From: Lingula anatina
Lineage: Eukaryota > Animalia > Brachiopoda
Assembly (NCBI GenBank): GCA_051362555.1
Contig: CM120649.1
Location: forward strand, 2,728,001 to 2,792,000
DNA: 64,000 bases
Reading direction: 5' to 3'
Position numbers and translations under genes: made by a program. The notes under the pieces are model-generated. The model saw only the letters and a list, made by a program, of their open reading frames with translations. It was not told the DNA's origin and did not search any database. Positions 35,941 through 49,535 of the stretch are shown here, one piece after another. Position 1 is the first letter of the stretch, and each line of letters starts with the position of its first letter.

Positions 35941-38059
35941 ACCCATAAATATCCACAATTTACTTCTGAATATCCCACATTATCGTAAAAGTGAAGTTGA
36001 GAGAAGGTTGGGACCAAAAACTTTGATCTATTTCCACTTGGTAAAGAAAAAACTGCCATAGCCCAGTTAAATATTGTAAGTGATGATTTAAATAATCCAT
36101 TTCTTACTACTTATAAAACAGGGCTTACCTACTAGTAAGTTGCTTACTCAAGGTGAATTTTCTTGAATAAAAGTACCAAACACTCTCAGTCTTAAAATTA
36201 TGAAGCCAACTTTTGACTTTCATTACTTACTAGTAGTGTAACAAGCTCCATCTTTCACACAGGGGCCCTTCACCTGTATAAAAAATTTAGCCAGATGTTC
36301 ATACAGATTACGGGGCCCCATGTATATATTTGTGTAAACCCTTATACAAGAATAGAGGTCATGCTTATAAGGCAGGCAAGATCAATAAAGTGATATCTAT
36401 TTCTCCTTGAATCTGCCAAATGCTCCCAAAGATATTAGCTTGCATTCACAATTAATTGTTGCAGTACAATATCAACAGCAAATGGCAAACAGAGCACACG
36501 GAAGAAAAAGACAAAAGCCATGTTCACAATTAATTTGTGAAATCTGGTTCTCTACCCGCATCCCAGGCAATATAACCAAATTTACACACATTCTAAGCAT
36601 TAAAAAAAAAGGACACTTGTTTCGTGTTAATATTGTGAAACTTCACAAAAAGCATTGAATCATCATATAGCAGTTGTTCAATTTTCCTGGAATCTTCAAC
36701 GTGTTCTCTTTGTCACAAACTTAACGGTATATCATATTGAAAACAATTCACAGAACATCAATCCATATGACTGTTTTCGAGTCAACATCTTTTGAAGGCT
36801 AAGAAAGGTAAAAGTGAAAAGGCTGGGACTTTAAATCGTATTTATTTTATTTATGTTATATATTTATTTTCTCAAAAGTTTTGGACGTGGTAAGCAAGAC
36901 AGACATGCATTTTGAGTACCTATAATGTTTTAAGCAGTTTGTTGGGCCTATTTCTTATTATCTTTATAACCCCCACCCCCAACCCCAAAAATATGAAAAT
37001 AACCAATTCAGAAGCGATGAAAATAAATCAAATGTGAATGTGTCTTAAATCATAACGTAGAGCCCAAAACTGGATGGTAACTGCCAGAAAATATTGAACA
37101 AAGTGAATTTCCACTGAGAGATGGCTATTGAAATGCCATAGTCCTAGAAATTGCCATTGCCAATCACAAAACGCCACAAATCTGCATGAGGCAGGTCTTT
37201 CAATGGCTAGATTAGAGACCTAAATACTGGTCAGAACATCTACTTTGCATTAGTGCATATTTCGCCCTTTTTTCTCTATAATATTCTTCATCTTGTCTGA
37301 AATCTGTTTCAGGTAATTTAAGGAGAAAGCTTTGTATCAAAACAAACAAAACAATTTTCTCATCACACCAGTTACACCTAAGATCAAGACAGGCCCAGAA
37401 TTCCAAAGCAATCCCACATTCTAAATCAACTAAAAAAAGACGTACCTTCATTCCAATGTGCTTAATCAAAAGAGAAGACAAGACCAAAGACCCATCTTGT
37501 CTTTATATTGTATAAGTCAAATAAATGAAATTCTTAGGCTTTCTTGCCCCCCCCCCCCCCCCTTAGAGGTATTTATTTTTTCCTCCTCATTTTTTTCCAT
37601 TCCTGTGCCATATATATTATAGTAAAATTGTCCATATCTACTATTTTTCTATCCCACCCTTAATAAAATTCTTAGATCTACCAGTGTATATACAAGAAAA
37701 CTAACCAATAAATCACATTCTGCTCCACCTAAAACTGATATAATTAAATGATCTAGTTCTCATTCTACATGTACCTGAAGAAAAAAAGTTTTACGTTTTG
37801 ATAGTCCGAATTCGGAACAGTGGACTAACTAGTGCAAGGGTTAAATATGGCGACCCATTAAACCGCTTGCTGTCTAATCCGCTAAATATTCAAGCGGGTC
37901 CGCAATAAAGTACTTACGGCATTGGAAGAAAAATAAGTTTTGGCCTGAAATATTAACAGTCATGTCTTTCCTTGATAGACAACAAGTGAAATATTTAGAT
38001 ACATATGACTGTCACTGCCGACTTATCTTGTATTGAGTTCAAGTCGGCTAAAATTAGGA

Positions 38060-38430
38060 TCTTAAAGTTTAAACCAATCCTCAGTTTTAAGATCCTTTGT
38101 GAAACTCCAACCAGAAATGGATACATTGGACTAGTGAAAGTAGGCTTAACATGAGGTCTTAAAGTTTAGACAAATTTTTCGTTTTTTTTTTTTTTTTGTC
38201 CCTTGTCAATCTTGAACCAGAAATGGAAACAATGGACTAGTAAAAGTAGGCTTAACTTGAGGTCTTATAAGTTTAGACCAATTCCCAGTTTTAAGCCCAC
38301 TGTGAAACTCCAACCAAAAATGGATACAATGGACTAGTAAAAGTAGGCTAAACTCGAGGTCCAAAAGTTAAGACTAATTCTCAGTTATAAGTCCCTAGTA
38401 AAACTGGAACCAGAAGGCTACAATGGACCT
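38060..38430. repeat. Degenerate ~100-bp tandem repeat, 3-4 copies
   Basis: AACCAGAAATGGATACAATGGACTAGTAAAAGTAGGCT recurs at ~38110, ~38215, ~38311 and ~38408. Confidence 0.8.
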
Positions 38431-41395
38431 GTGCTATCAGATGGGGTCCAGATTACCATAAAACAGGAAGTAAAAAGCACTCGCCTGTACATATCCCTGG
38501 TCGCACAATTTACTTCACTTTATTTAAAGCTAACAGGACACCATCCATCCCTCTGCTCCATAAATTAAGTGCAATCGTTGCTCAAAAATTTTGAACATTT
38601 TATTTTGTCAGGATTTATATCCTTTAGATTCACATGAAAGGACTTTCCATTTCAAACGCAACTCACCATTAATTTTATTATTAATAACTTGGAATTTCCT
38701 CTTCAAATTTTGGAAAAAAATATAAAACGTAAAAACACAAATATATAGCGGGAAATTTAATTTTATTTTAACTTTGTGGGAAAATTGCAGTGCTTCCCTG
38801 TGTCTGTAAAAGTACAGCCGATCTTTATGCTGTAATCATGACGAAACGGTTCAATATATTGAGGTTTTTTTCTTTCCATCCTGAACAGGATCTACACTGA
38901 TAATAACTTGAGGGATGACTCAGTTTTGATGGGCTAAATATTATCATTCACAATCTTGATCACCATTTGATAGGATCTCCAATCCTCCATATTGATCACC
39001 TTATTCAACAGATCGACATTTACTTTACACACTGCAGCAATTTTCCATCAACATTTCAGTACATTGTAGCACAAACACCAATGAAACAAAGAATTCCTAT
39101 CCCATGAATTTTATAATATCTAAAAGGCCACATAAATTGTTCTATATTGTGTAGTAGCATTTATCTAAATTATCCCCATAAAAATACTCAATTCTATGAA
39201 AATGGCTGAATACACATTATAATCTTCATTACTATGGTTATTATTATCATTGCAAGCTACTACCCTTAAAATTGATCTGGAATACATTTACTTGGATGAA
39301 GTGAGATATTGAAAGTAAAGTATCAATTATGTATACATATCAAAAAGTTCTAGGTGAAAACATTTCAGAAATTTCAAAATGAACCAAAAGTACTGCTCCC
39401 TTCATCTTATTCATTGTGACCGTGAATAATAATACAGACTATAATAAATCATGCCAAAATAAGAGCTTTTTTAACAGTTTGATGTGCCAAAATGTCCCTC
39501 AAAGTTAAGATAAAGTAGATGGAAAACCCTGCTCAAAACAACACCAGGCCTTACTCAAAATCTAGTAAAAAAAATACTCCATTAGTTGATTGTTGCACTT
39601 TTTTGCAATCATCCGTTCCTTCCTCACAATAAAATATTAATGCTTATTAGTTTAATGATCACAATTGATGGTTTGATGCTGGTTATCCATTATCTATACT
39701 AATTTCCTCATTTTTGATCATATACAGCAATGCTGTTCATTTTCCCGACATCTCTTGTATATCTCACACGCAGTCACTTCACGTAAACTGTACCACTAAG
39801 GACTGTCAGTGAATATAATCAAGTTGCTTGAGAAGAAGACTTTCTATCACTTGTCTTCCTTTTCGTCAAAGTCGTAAAAAAAAAACAAAAAAGATATTCC
39901 TTCTACTGAAGGTTAACTTTTTAACAGTTGAAATATCTACACTTTGAAGTTTGAAAGATGCACTGACTCATATCTTAGAATATGTTTTAATTTATCGCTT
40001 AATTAACTTGCAGTAGCAAAGAGGAAACATGTCCTGAACTATTTTATTTGATGTCATTATAATCCAGTCAGCAGCCCAGCACTGGCACCCGCTGGAAGGG
40101 AAGATAGTGAAGAAGTATGTACTTAATTATTCCAACATATGGACTAGCCACTAATGTTAAACATGGACATATGGATTTTCACTTAGCATTGCCAGATGGC
40201 TTTATAACTCTCTGCATTGCTGCCTTCAGTTGAACTCTTCAGGAAATTTTTGTATTTTTTTCTTTTTTTAATCATGGAAAAGCTGTGTATAAAATCACCT
40301 CAAGATAAAGCTATTTCAATGCACTTTCACTTCTCTTAAACTGCACAATTTTGTTTCTTCTTTTCAAAGATAACTTACTACTAGAATATTTCCTCTCATT
40401 AACATAGACAAACAACTGAAGTATCTGTAAGTTCTCAAAAAAAAAAAAAAAACTCAGATGAATTCAAAGATAAACATTCATCTCATAAATCAATTATAAA
40501 ACATGATCACCTTGCAATTAAATAGTGATAGTAGTAAAATATTCTCCTACTAATATCCCATCACAATGGTCATTTACACCTGCAATGATATAATGCCTTC
40601 CTGAAGTTTTGCAGAGCATTTCTGAAACTATACCCATGACAATGTTATCCAGCAAGTATATTCTCCGGTTAAGTTTATACTGCTAAAATCGGATAGTCAA
40701 CTTTGCAAAGATGACTTTGTAATATAGGTATAGGAGCTTTTCAGAATAAATAAATAATTGTATCTTACATACCTCAATGGGCTACCATTAGTGCTGGAAC
40801 TAAAATCTTTCATCAGAAAAAATTAAAATATGCCCAAGGGGCTTCATTAACAGATTAAAAGAAGGAAGTATGCAGTTTTTTACATTATTTATAAAACGAA
40901 TTTTAGTCAGCTAAGTTTCGTATTGGTAGGCAGAAATATTTTAGCCCAAAAAGTGATTTAACGCTGTTTTTGTAAAGCAGGTCCCTGAAGTGGGAATACA
41001 TCCAGCCTTTTGTCTCTCATTACGCTGGCTAAGAAGCTGCTCTAAGAGGCACTTATCACATTACAGTGTGGAAATGAGCCCAATTACATGCTCATTCAAT
41101 AATTCCTCAATTAATCTAGCTAATTCTAGACACAAGTTAATCAATGGTTTTCCCAGATAATCAAGTGTTATGTCATATTGAAGATATTATAATTTGTTAG
41201 CTACTGGTAGAGGCAGGGTTGTGCTCAGGGCTGGGGGAGGGGAGGGGGGGAGCATATATATAAATTACCTGCTTTGCTTTATTTGATCTTCTTTACTATA
41301 CAGAAAACGGCAAACTAGGCTACAATGTGTAGTGCACAGGGATATTGAAATGCTAGTTTTGGACTCCAGTATTCTTTTTTTTTTTTTTTTTTTTT

Positions 41396-41426
<31 letters not shown>

Positions 41427-42625
41427 GATATCTTTGGGCTGGGGGGGGGTGGAGAAGAGGACATGTAAACATATATATAATGTGGGAGAAGGGGCATGTG
41501 ATACCTTTTTACACCTTTTACCTAGGATCTAGCCTAAAATCACCCTCCCCCCTCCTCCCCCTGAGTTCCACAGTACAGGTTTTCTATGCACACTTTGGTG
41601 CTTATAATGGCAAATCACCACTACACAAAGATACTCAGGGTGCTCCATAGCATATACAGTATGATACTCATCCTGCCACAAAGACCTAAAGTCAGTAAAA
41701 GGTAATACTAAAACATTGGAAACACACACCCAGCATATGTGCTCATTCAGACACTATATACATCACTATGTTTTTTCAAAGAAGCATTAAAAGACTATTA
41801 ACGGCAGCCAAGAGTACAAGACAGGTGTAAACTCAAAACTCTTCAGCTTGGGACCAAAAAAAATCAAACTGCATTTTTTCGCCAGCCACCACTGGTGTGT
41901 AAAGCCGGTAATTTGGATCCAGAGTCGAAAAAAATGCGGAATAAAAAGCTTGTTTACGACCATTTTGAGAAATTGTACCCCTTTTTCCCAGATACTCTCA
42001 GTTGCAGGTGAGGTGAATTCATTCATGCTTTTCTTTGACCGAAAAGATTTGGTCAGGTGATAAAATGTCATTTCCATACAAAAAAGGAAAAATTAGGCTG
42101 TAGCCAGTTATAATTGTTATGAAGAGTTAAAGCGTGAGACATGGCTTATAAAACATGTATGTTTTAATTAACAATGCATTAGAACAGATATGAACCATAA
42201 TTAAGACATCAAATAGTAGTATTTTCCTGTGTTTATCTGATTTAGGCACAATTCTTGTTACGAAGCCAGTGCAAAATGTACAAGTTAATAAAAACACCAT
42301 AGTTCAAAAGCATAACTACTTATTACAACAATACTACATCAATCTATATGAAGCATCAACAAAAAATTCAACCTTTATATTCAAGTGGGGCGTTGTTTGT
42401 AGTCATGCTGTTCACAGAAAGCCTTGATTGCAATAACGCCTTAAAAACTGACATTTAGGCCAAATCAGAGCCCCTTGAGCATACCAGTCGTGTGGTATAA
42501 AGCTGTGCGCGGCGCTGTCAGATAAAACTCGTTTTCTGTTCCTGGATATTGATTGGCTGAGAAAACAATCGGGATTTGCATGTTAATCGTATAAACTGGC
42601 TGACAGAATCACTGTAACTTGATCT

Positions 42626-42670
<45 letters not shown>

Positions 42671-43159
42671 TGTGAGAGAGAGAGAGCTAAATAGGAATGA
42701 TTCCCAAAAATTGAGCTTGGAGAGAGAGAAAGAGAGAGAGAGAACTAAATAGGAACAACATCCTAAAATATTGAGCTTGGAGAGAGAGAGAGATTTCAAA
42801 CTTAACAGAGATGTTTCCCCCATCTTCAGCTCGGCGACAGAACAAAACAGAGAGAGAGATATCAAATCAAAGAGGATGGAGTATTCCAGTCATTCACAGC
42901 TTGCAAACAGATAAAACTGCTATGCAAAAAGTGCAAAAAAACAGCATGCCATTCACACCAAAAGGTAGTAAAACTGCAGTACTCTTCCCCTGTGTTAACA
43001 CAACACATGGAGGAAATTACCAGTAACTATGTAATGTATGTACTATGTGTTACCACACACTGGTCATAATGGATGTCTATGAGATGCTGAATGGAAAGCA
43101 GACATGGGTAATATTCACATAAGACGCAGCTGGAAGTTGTATCAGTCTGAGGGCTGTGC

Positions 43160-43630
43160 TAAGGCATTTCCGCCTCTAGTGCCCTGAGTATCAGAGGTCC
43201 CTGGAACCTCGCCTCTCTATGAGTTCATTCAGAACAGATGATCCTAGGACTAACTGATCTGCTGACTAAATATGGCTGACCCCACTAAAAAGCAATACCC
43301 CTAATTCCCTGATGGTCTCCTTGCCATCACGCCAATAAACAGATTAAATCCCAGCTCCGAGGTTTCATTGCTAGGCCCCTACATCAATGTCGAATGTGGA
43401 GGCATGGAGACCATCAGGTAATTATTTGGCACTGCTTTTAAGCCAGTCGGCCATATTTAGTCCCGTATCATGCCCTCTATTATCAGCATGTGTCTCCAGT
43501 ACCCTGAGCCTCAGAGGTCCCTGGAACCTCACCTATCTATTATCAGCATCCATCTGCTGTTGCCAATAAAGACACAGACATGCTGAGGAGTTCCCAAGGA
43601 CTTTTCAAACTCAGGGCGCCTTAGAGGGTC
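43160..43630. mobile_element. Nested MITE-like foldback elements
   Basis: Inner GACTAAATATGGCTGAC / GTCGGCCATATTTAGTC element (~43225-43465). It is flanked by a ~40-bp direct repeat CCCTGAG..CAGAGGTCCCTGGAACCTC (43182, 43502), with an inverted counterpart near 43586-43628. Confidence 0.5.
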
Positions 43631-45046
43631 ATTCTGCATGACTGACTTCCCTGCCATTTCATCTTTTTTAGCTCCTTTAACTTCTTCCATCTATTAATAT
43701 CCATTCAAAGCTAACATTTTTATAAGGCTTTACACCATTCCTAAGCACATCTTCTTCTCCCCAACCCCCATAGCATCTTTCAAATACTATAACATCTTCA
43801 CATCTTTTCATATCCATCTTTTCTTTACTCATATCCATCAATATCCATATTCATATCCATCCATATCTGTATCCTTCTTTTAATTTTCCTTAAGCAATAA
43901 ATACAACATTGGCAGCTGCTTCTCATCTTCCTCATCTCGACTTATACTGGCATGACATCACTTGGCAGACCTTATGCTGAGCTGTAGCCAGCTTGATTAC
44001 AACATGTAGGAGAGTCAGGGTGTTTTGAACACATGCTCAGTTGTCATTTCACACCCCGAGTATCACATGAGTATTGCTGGTGACTTTCCCTGGCCCAATA
44101 TACTCTCTCCATTGTTACTGTCTGATGACCATCCTGTGAGTCTAACCATGCTAATTCTCTTTACACCCTCAGTTTAAGGGTATTAACCGTGAGCCCATAA
44201 ACCTTTCATTTTTTTCAATAGGCCCGTGCTTTTGTTCAGACCTAAGGATGATAGAGACAAAATTCAAACAGACTCTGGAACCTTTATATATTAGGTCCAT
44301 ATCCAAAAGCTGACTATACAGAGTCAGCTATATCATTTTAAATCAGTCTATCTAAGCCCAAGAAGTTGCCTTTTGTGAACCAAGCCCATGTTTTTTATTC
44401 AGATCAAAATCAAAATTCAAACAGACATTGAAACTCAGGGTGAAAGAAGCCCAAATAGCCTACTGCTTCCCTACTGCGTTGTGTATTTTACACACCTTCC
44501 TCACAAACTAAGTGCTCATTTTTTCACCAAGTTCACAAAAACAGGATTTCCCCATTTCGGCATGCCACACGTAGTCACGATCTGGGAGGAACCAGTTACC
44601 TTCATCTAAAGAATATAAAATACAGCCAAATCTAATTTGGTATTTGGAATGGAATGGCCCATAATAGTAATATATGGGGACTCCCATTTACTCATACTGG
44701 AGAGAGAGAGGGGGAGGGAGGGGGGGGCAAGAAAGATAGCTGAGGTACAAATAAAGCTATCACCAATGCCACCGACCCTTGTGGTAATAGATTGTAACTC
44801 TGTTTACCATAAGGGGGGAGGGGGGCAACAGAGACCCAGATTTAGCAAATAACGATTCTATTGCCCCTCACAGTAACCGATGCGATCTAATGGTAACTCT
44901 GTTTATAAATTCAATATTCTGGAACTTAAACAAAGTTATTTGAATACCTCTGATTATAAATTTAATAAGTTGTCAAAAACAGGATTAAGAAAATGATCAT
45001 AACAGATTATTGGAAATCACAAAATCAGAGGCAAGCAGCCCAAGTT

Positions 45047-45272
45047 AGGGACCATTCCCATACCCTATCATACTAGCAGGATCAATCTATCTCTTGAGGG
45101 GTTTTTTAGCTAAATTGCATTCAGTTTAAGCATGCAAGAAAGTTAATTATCCCCTAGCAGCTGTAGTGGGCGTGACAGACATTTAAGCCACTTAAATTGA
45201 ATGCAATATATTGAGAATCCCCTTGGAGTTAGATCGATCCTGCTTGTATGGTAGGTTTATGGGAACCCAGTC
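45047..45272. mobile_element. MITE, CCCATTCCCA family
   Basis: GGGACCATTCCCATACCCTATCATACTAGCAGGATC / GATCCTGCTTGTATGGTAGGTTTATGGGAA. Confidence 0.65.
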
Positions 45273-45984
45273 TTAGAGGAGAGAAGGGGAGAAAACATGG
45301 TGCTGTGGATCCAGATTAAGCAATTTACGAATGCTATTAACTCTGGCAACTGTTCTGCCATATTTGACTTAATTGGCAAGTGGTAATATATTTTAAATCT
45401 CCCCGTAATGCCTGGGTACACCATCAGAGTCAAATGTAATGACCCAGGTTCGTGACTAGCATCTAAATTTTCCGAAATATCTACTAACAAATATTTGACT
45501 CAAGAAGTGAAAGTATCAATTTCAGTTCCTAAATGTCAACCTGTTCTAAAAGAAGAATAATGTGGTAAAATAAGAATCTATACAAGTGACTATTAAATGG
45601 TATAAAATAAAAAAAAAATGATCAGGGCTGGAGTATCTTGTTCAGAGATTGCACGCATATTTTGTTAAAGTACTGACGTTACAATTATGCAAGTATAAAT
45701 ATATTAGATGTCAAGAATTCATGATGGTAAATTTGAAGTGAATGCCACAGCATTTGTAACATTTAAACTGATAGAATTGATTTAAAAAAATGAAAAAAGC
45801 AATTTTTTTTTTTGAATTTTTGGTTATCTATCTGTATTTTAACAACATAAAAATGGGTCCTAAAATGACTGCAAAGGTCAAAAAACATGACTGGTCAAAC
45901 AATTTAATTCAATTGCTTCAAAGAAATTACATCTATAAAAGTACACCAATCTTCGATCAACATTTACTCCACAAAATTATAAAA

Positions 45985-46185
45985 TTGCTTTCTATTCCTC
46001 AACACTGCCTAATAATAAAACCTTCAAAATACTGTAAGTTGTTCACACAAACATAAAACTAGCATTCTATTCCTCAATACTGCCCGATAAAATAACCTTT
46101 AAAATACCGTGCATTTCTCACACAAACATATAAAAATTGCTTTCTATTCCTCAATATCGCCCGATAATATAACCTTTAAAACACT
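45985..46185. repeat. ~76-bp tandem repeat, 3 copies
   Basis: TTCTATTCCTCAA at ~45989, ~46065 and ~46142. Confidence 0.75.
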
Positions 46186-47153
46186 GTCGTCCCTGCCTAT
46201 CGCTGCGCATGTTTTTGTCTTGACTCGTAATGCATGCCGGCCTACTAGAAGCAGGTAGTATTGATTTTTTTATTTGCCAAGCTAATTCTATCTATCTATC
46301 AATCAATCTATCTCTGAGCAGAATCACAGTCGTCTACTCTATCTGATAGATTTCCCAACTTGTTGTGCATACCATGATGATGTGGCCAGTTCGTTAATAT
46401 ATATAGATGGATTATTGAGAGGCAAAAATGTGCAATCCATTCTAGAGGACACATCTCAGTCAAATCTTTCAATCAAAATTTTTGCGTTGTGGTCGTTTTG
46501 TTTGATTTTTCTGATCAACAGGCAGATGTTTGGGGGAAAAAGTCCAATGCATGTTCTGAAGAGAAATCTTGATTAAAGTTTTGGGTCAAAAAATTTTTTA
46601 CATGGTCAGGTTAATGTCACCTATTATATGGACTGCCCATCAATAGCAATCAATGTGTCCAATCCAACCCCAAGGATAAATATCATCCAAATTTTTCAGT
46701 TATGAAGGTTTAGATGTGGCAAAGAGAGGCAACTCAAACTCATATATGTTGATAAATCCTGACATGATGTTAGTAACAAAGAGCAGTGCTGGGAGGAGAG
46801 AGAATGCACAACAACCATCACTTGTACTTCAGAATATCATAGTTCTCAGACAAAAGAGAGAGACAACAACTGTTTGGTTTTAGCTCAAAAAGTCATAGTT
46901 ATTTTATTGTAATTTTCAAAAGACTACTTAATACAAGTGAGGTATAAACATAATTGCGTCACGTATGCCGTTTCTTTTTGCAAGTGAGAAACATTGGGTG
47001 GCAACTCTACCACGCACTCAAATAGAAAACATATATGGAGAGATACCGTTTCTATAAAAGTACACAAGGCAATAACCTCCATAGTGACTCATCTTACACC
47101 CAAAAACTCAACTCCATCACATTTGGTCAAATCAGTTGCCATAGCACTACATA

Positions 47154-47321
47154 CAGAGGTGGATTTAGGCCGTCTTCTGGGTTTTCTGGAAGATTGTCAG
47201 ATTTTCAAGTTTACATTGAGGGGTACCTAAATTTTTCTGTCAGAAGACGGTAAAAAATGGAGGATGGATTAACAAACATAATTTGGAAGACTGTCAGAAA
47301 GTATCTCTGGATCTGCCCCTG
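47154..47321. mobile_element. Short MITE with CAGRGGYGGAT-type TIRs
   Basis: CAGAGGTGGATTTAG ... CTGGATCTGCCCCTG. Confidence 0.5.
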
Positions 47322-47505
47322 ATATATATTTATACTTGAAGTCAAGTATCATACTAAATGCTTGTTGACTGTAGTCATCAGCTGCATTCACGAGGTACCC
47401 CCTAGGACAGAAGACATATTTTGGGTCCCAGGTAACCCCAATCCATCCGCCACCCACACCTACACTAAATACCAGGAAATTTGAGGACAAGAGAGAACAA
47501 TTTTA

Positions 47506-47556
<51 letters not shown>

Positions 47557-49250
47557 TTACAGGCATATGTGTTAATGTGCTGATTGGAGGGCAACAAACC
47601 TGCCAAACCAAGACCACCAGACAGACAGACAGACAGACAGACAGAAACTTCCAAATTGGGAAGAAACACAGTCAATTTTTTTTTTTCAAGAAGGCAAGCA
47701 ATGGCCTGGCCGGATGCCACTGCATCATGCCAACTAATCAACTCACTAAAGACGACCTAATTAGCACCGTAACTCTGAGTAATGTGTTATCTTAGAAAAT
47801 CTTATCTAAACTGAACAGGCCTGGCTGTAATGATAAAACAAATGCCAACAGCATGCCAAACTCAAATCACCACAAGACCAGCCTGAGAGAAATATTTGAT
47901 TTGTGGACAGAAAGTACTAGAGTAATAAATAAGACATGAACCACACAAATAGGTCAAAATCACAGCGATTAGCAAAAATCTGTCCCCATGCTGTGAATTA
48001 CATATGAGATAATGCAATCAACCACGTATTTATTTGGAAGTTAAATGAATCCGATCTGTTGTGAGATCTCTCAAACGATTGTGTTAAAACATTATGTGAG
48101 AATATGTAATTTAGATCTATAATCTGCCATCACTGTAGAATTCTTTTTTCTCTTTAGAGACTGCACCATATGACCTCAATGTACGGTAGTTACCCACAAA
48201 TTTCAAGCACCTCACACGAATATTTTGTGTACAGTTAATCAATTTATGTCATCTTACAACAGGGCATTTCATGGCTTGAACCAAACAAGCTTTTCAGAAA
48301 GTTGGAAACTTAATCTTCCAGTGCAACTTTGAAAACGGCACTCTGGGGATCAATAAAGCGATCAGATTAAGTTCTGTTGAAACTTGGTGAGCGAGAACTG
48401 TAACATACGTAGTGACATCCTGAGATTGACAAGGAAGTCGCATTCAAAATTTAAGCGATGATGGTCTGTGTAGGAGTGTATATGTCTTTACACGAGATAA
48501 TTCTTTTTGTATTGAATTAATACTGTAGAAATCTCCAAGAACTGGTTTCACAAAAGTACTTTAAGGGCTCACTCCCAGTGAAACTATCGGTCTATGTGCA
48601 TCGATCCAACTTTGCAAGGACTCTCACTGAATACAGTCAGATTATAGTACTTTATGCTGAAAATTTTTATTTTCTCATTAAGTATATCAACGTATAACTA
48701 TAATACTTTAATACATGTATGCATGTCATACCGATTCAAGTTTTTTCTATCAACAGCTATCAAGGAAGGATTAAATTTTTTTGTGGATATGCCTGGTAAA
48801 AAAAAAAACAAGCAGAGAAAACTTTTTACCAGGCCCTATGTAGGCAATTGCCAAGCAGAAATTGGCTGTGGATCGAGACTTGACTTGTCCAGCTCATGGC
48901 ATGCTATCAAATGTCCAGACGATGGCAATGGCAAGTCAGTTCCACTGTTCCTCAGACATGTAATTTCCAGATCAATCAGTCTGAGTCCAGTTTCACAAAC
49001 TACCTCATGTCCAGGGCTTGAGCCAGGCAGCTGACGAGCTATCTTTTGGTAACCATTTTGGTTCAGAATTTTATCACTATACCGCAATGAGCCATGTGGC
49101 CTATTCTCAGCTAGAAAATGGATTTAGACTCCATGTTTCTAAATTCTGACTAACCACAGTTCAAGACTGAAAGTTGGGTCTTTCATTGAGCCTGAAAACT
49201 GGTCTCCATCAAATCAGCTGGAATCCTAACTAATGGGGAGAGAGTAGCCT

Positions 49251-49535
49251 AAGGGTGCATTCCCATAACCCTATCTTACTAGCTGGATCAATCTAACTCC
49301 TCAGTGATTCTCATTAAATTGTATTAAGTATAAAGGGCTTAAATGTCTGACAGACCCCCTCGTAATTTACAGTACTAGGGTAAATTTGGAGAAACTTTGT
49401 GGTCCACAATGTTGTTCATGTTGCTTTGTGAGGGGGCGTAGAAGACATTTAAGCCGATTGCTTTGACTTGTGCTTTAGAGAGAACCTCCGTTGAGATAAA
49501 TTGATCCTGCTAGTACAATAAGGTTATGAAAACTA
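49251..49535. mobile_element. MITE, CCCATTCCCA family
   Basis: GGGTGCATTCCCATAACCCTATCTTACTAGCTGGATCAAT / ATTGATCCTGCTAGTACAATAAGGTTATG. Confidence 0.6.

Noticed and set aside
48654-49087. 126-aa and 83-aa ORFs
   Set aside because: No recognisable domain or exon context; lengths are compatible with chance.
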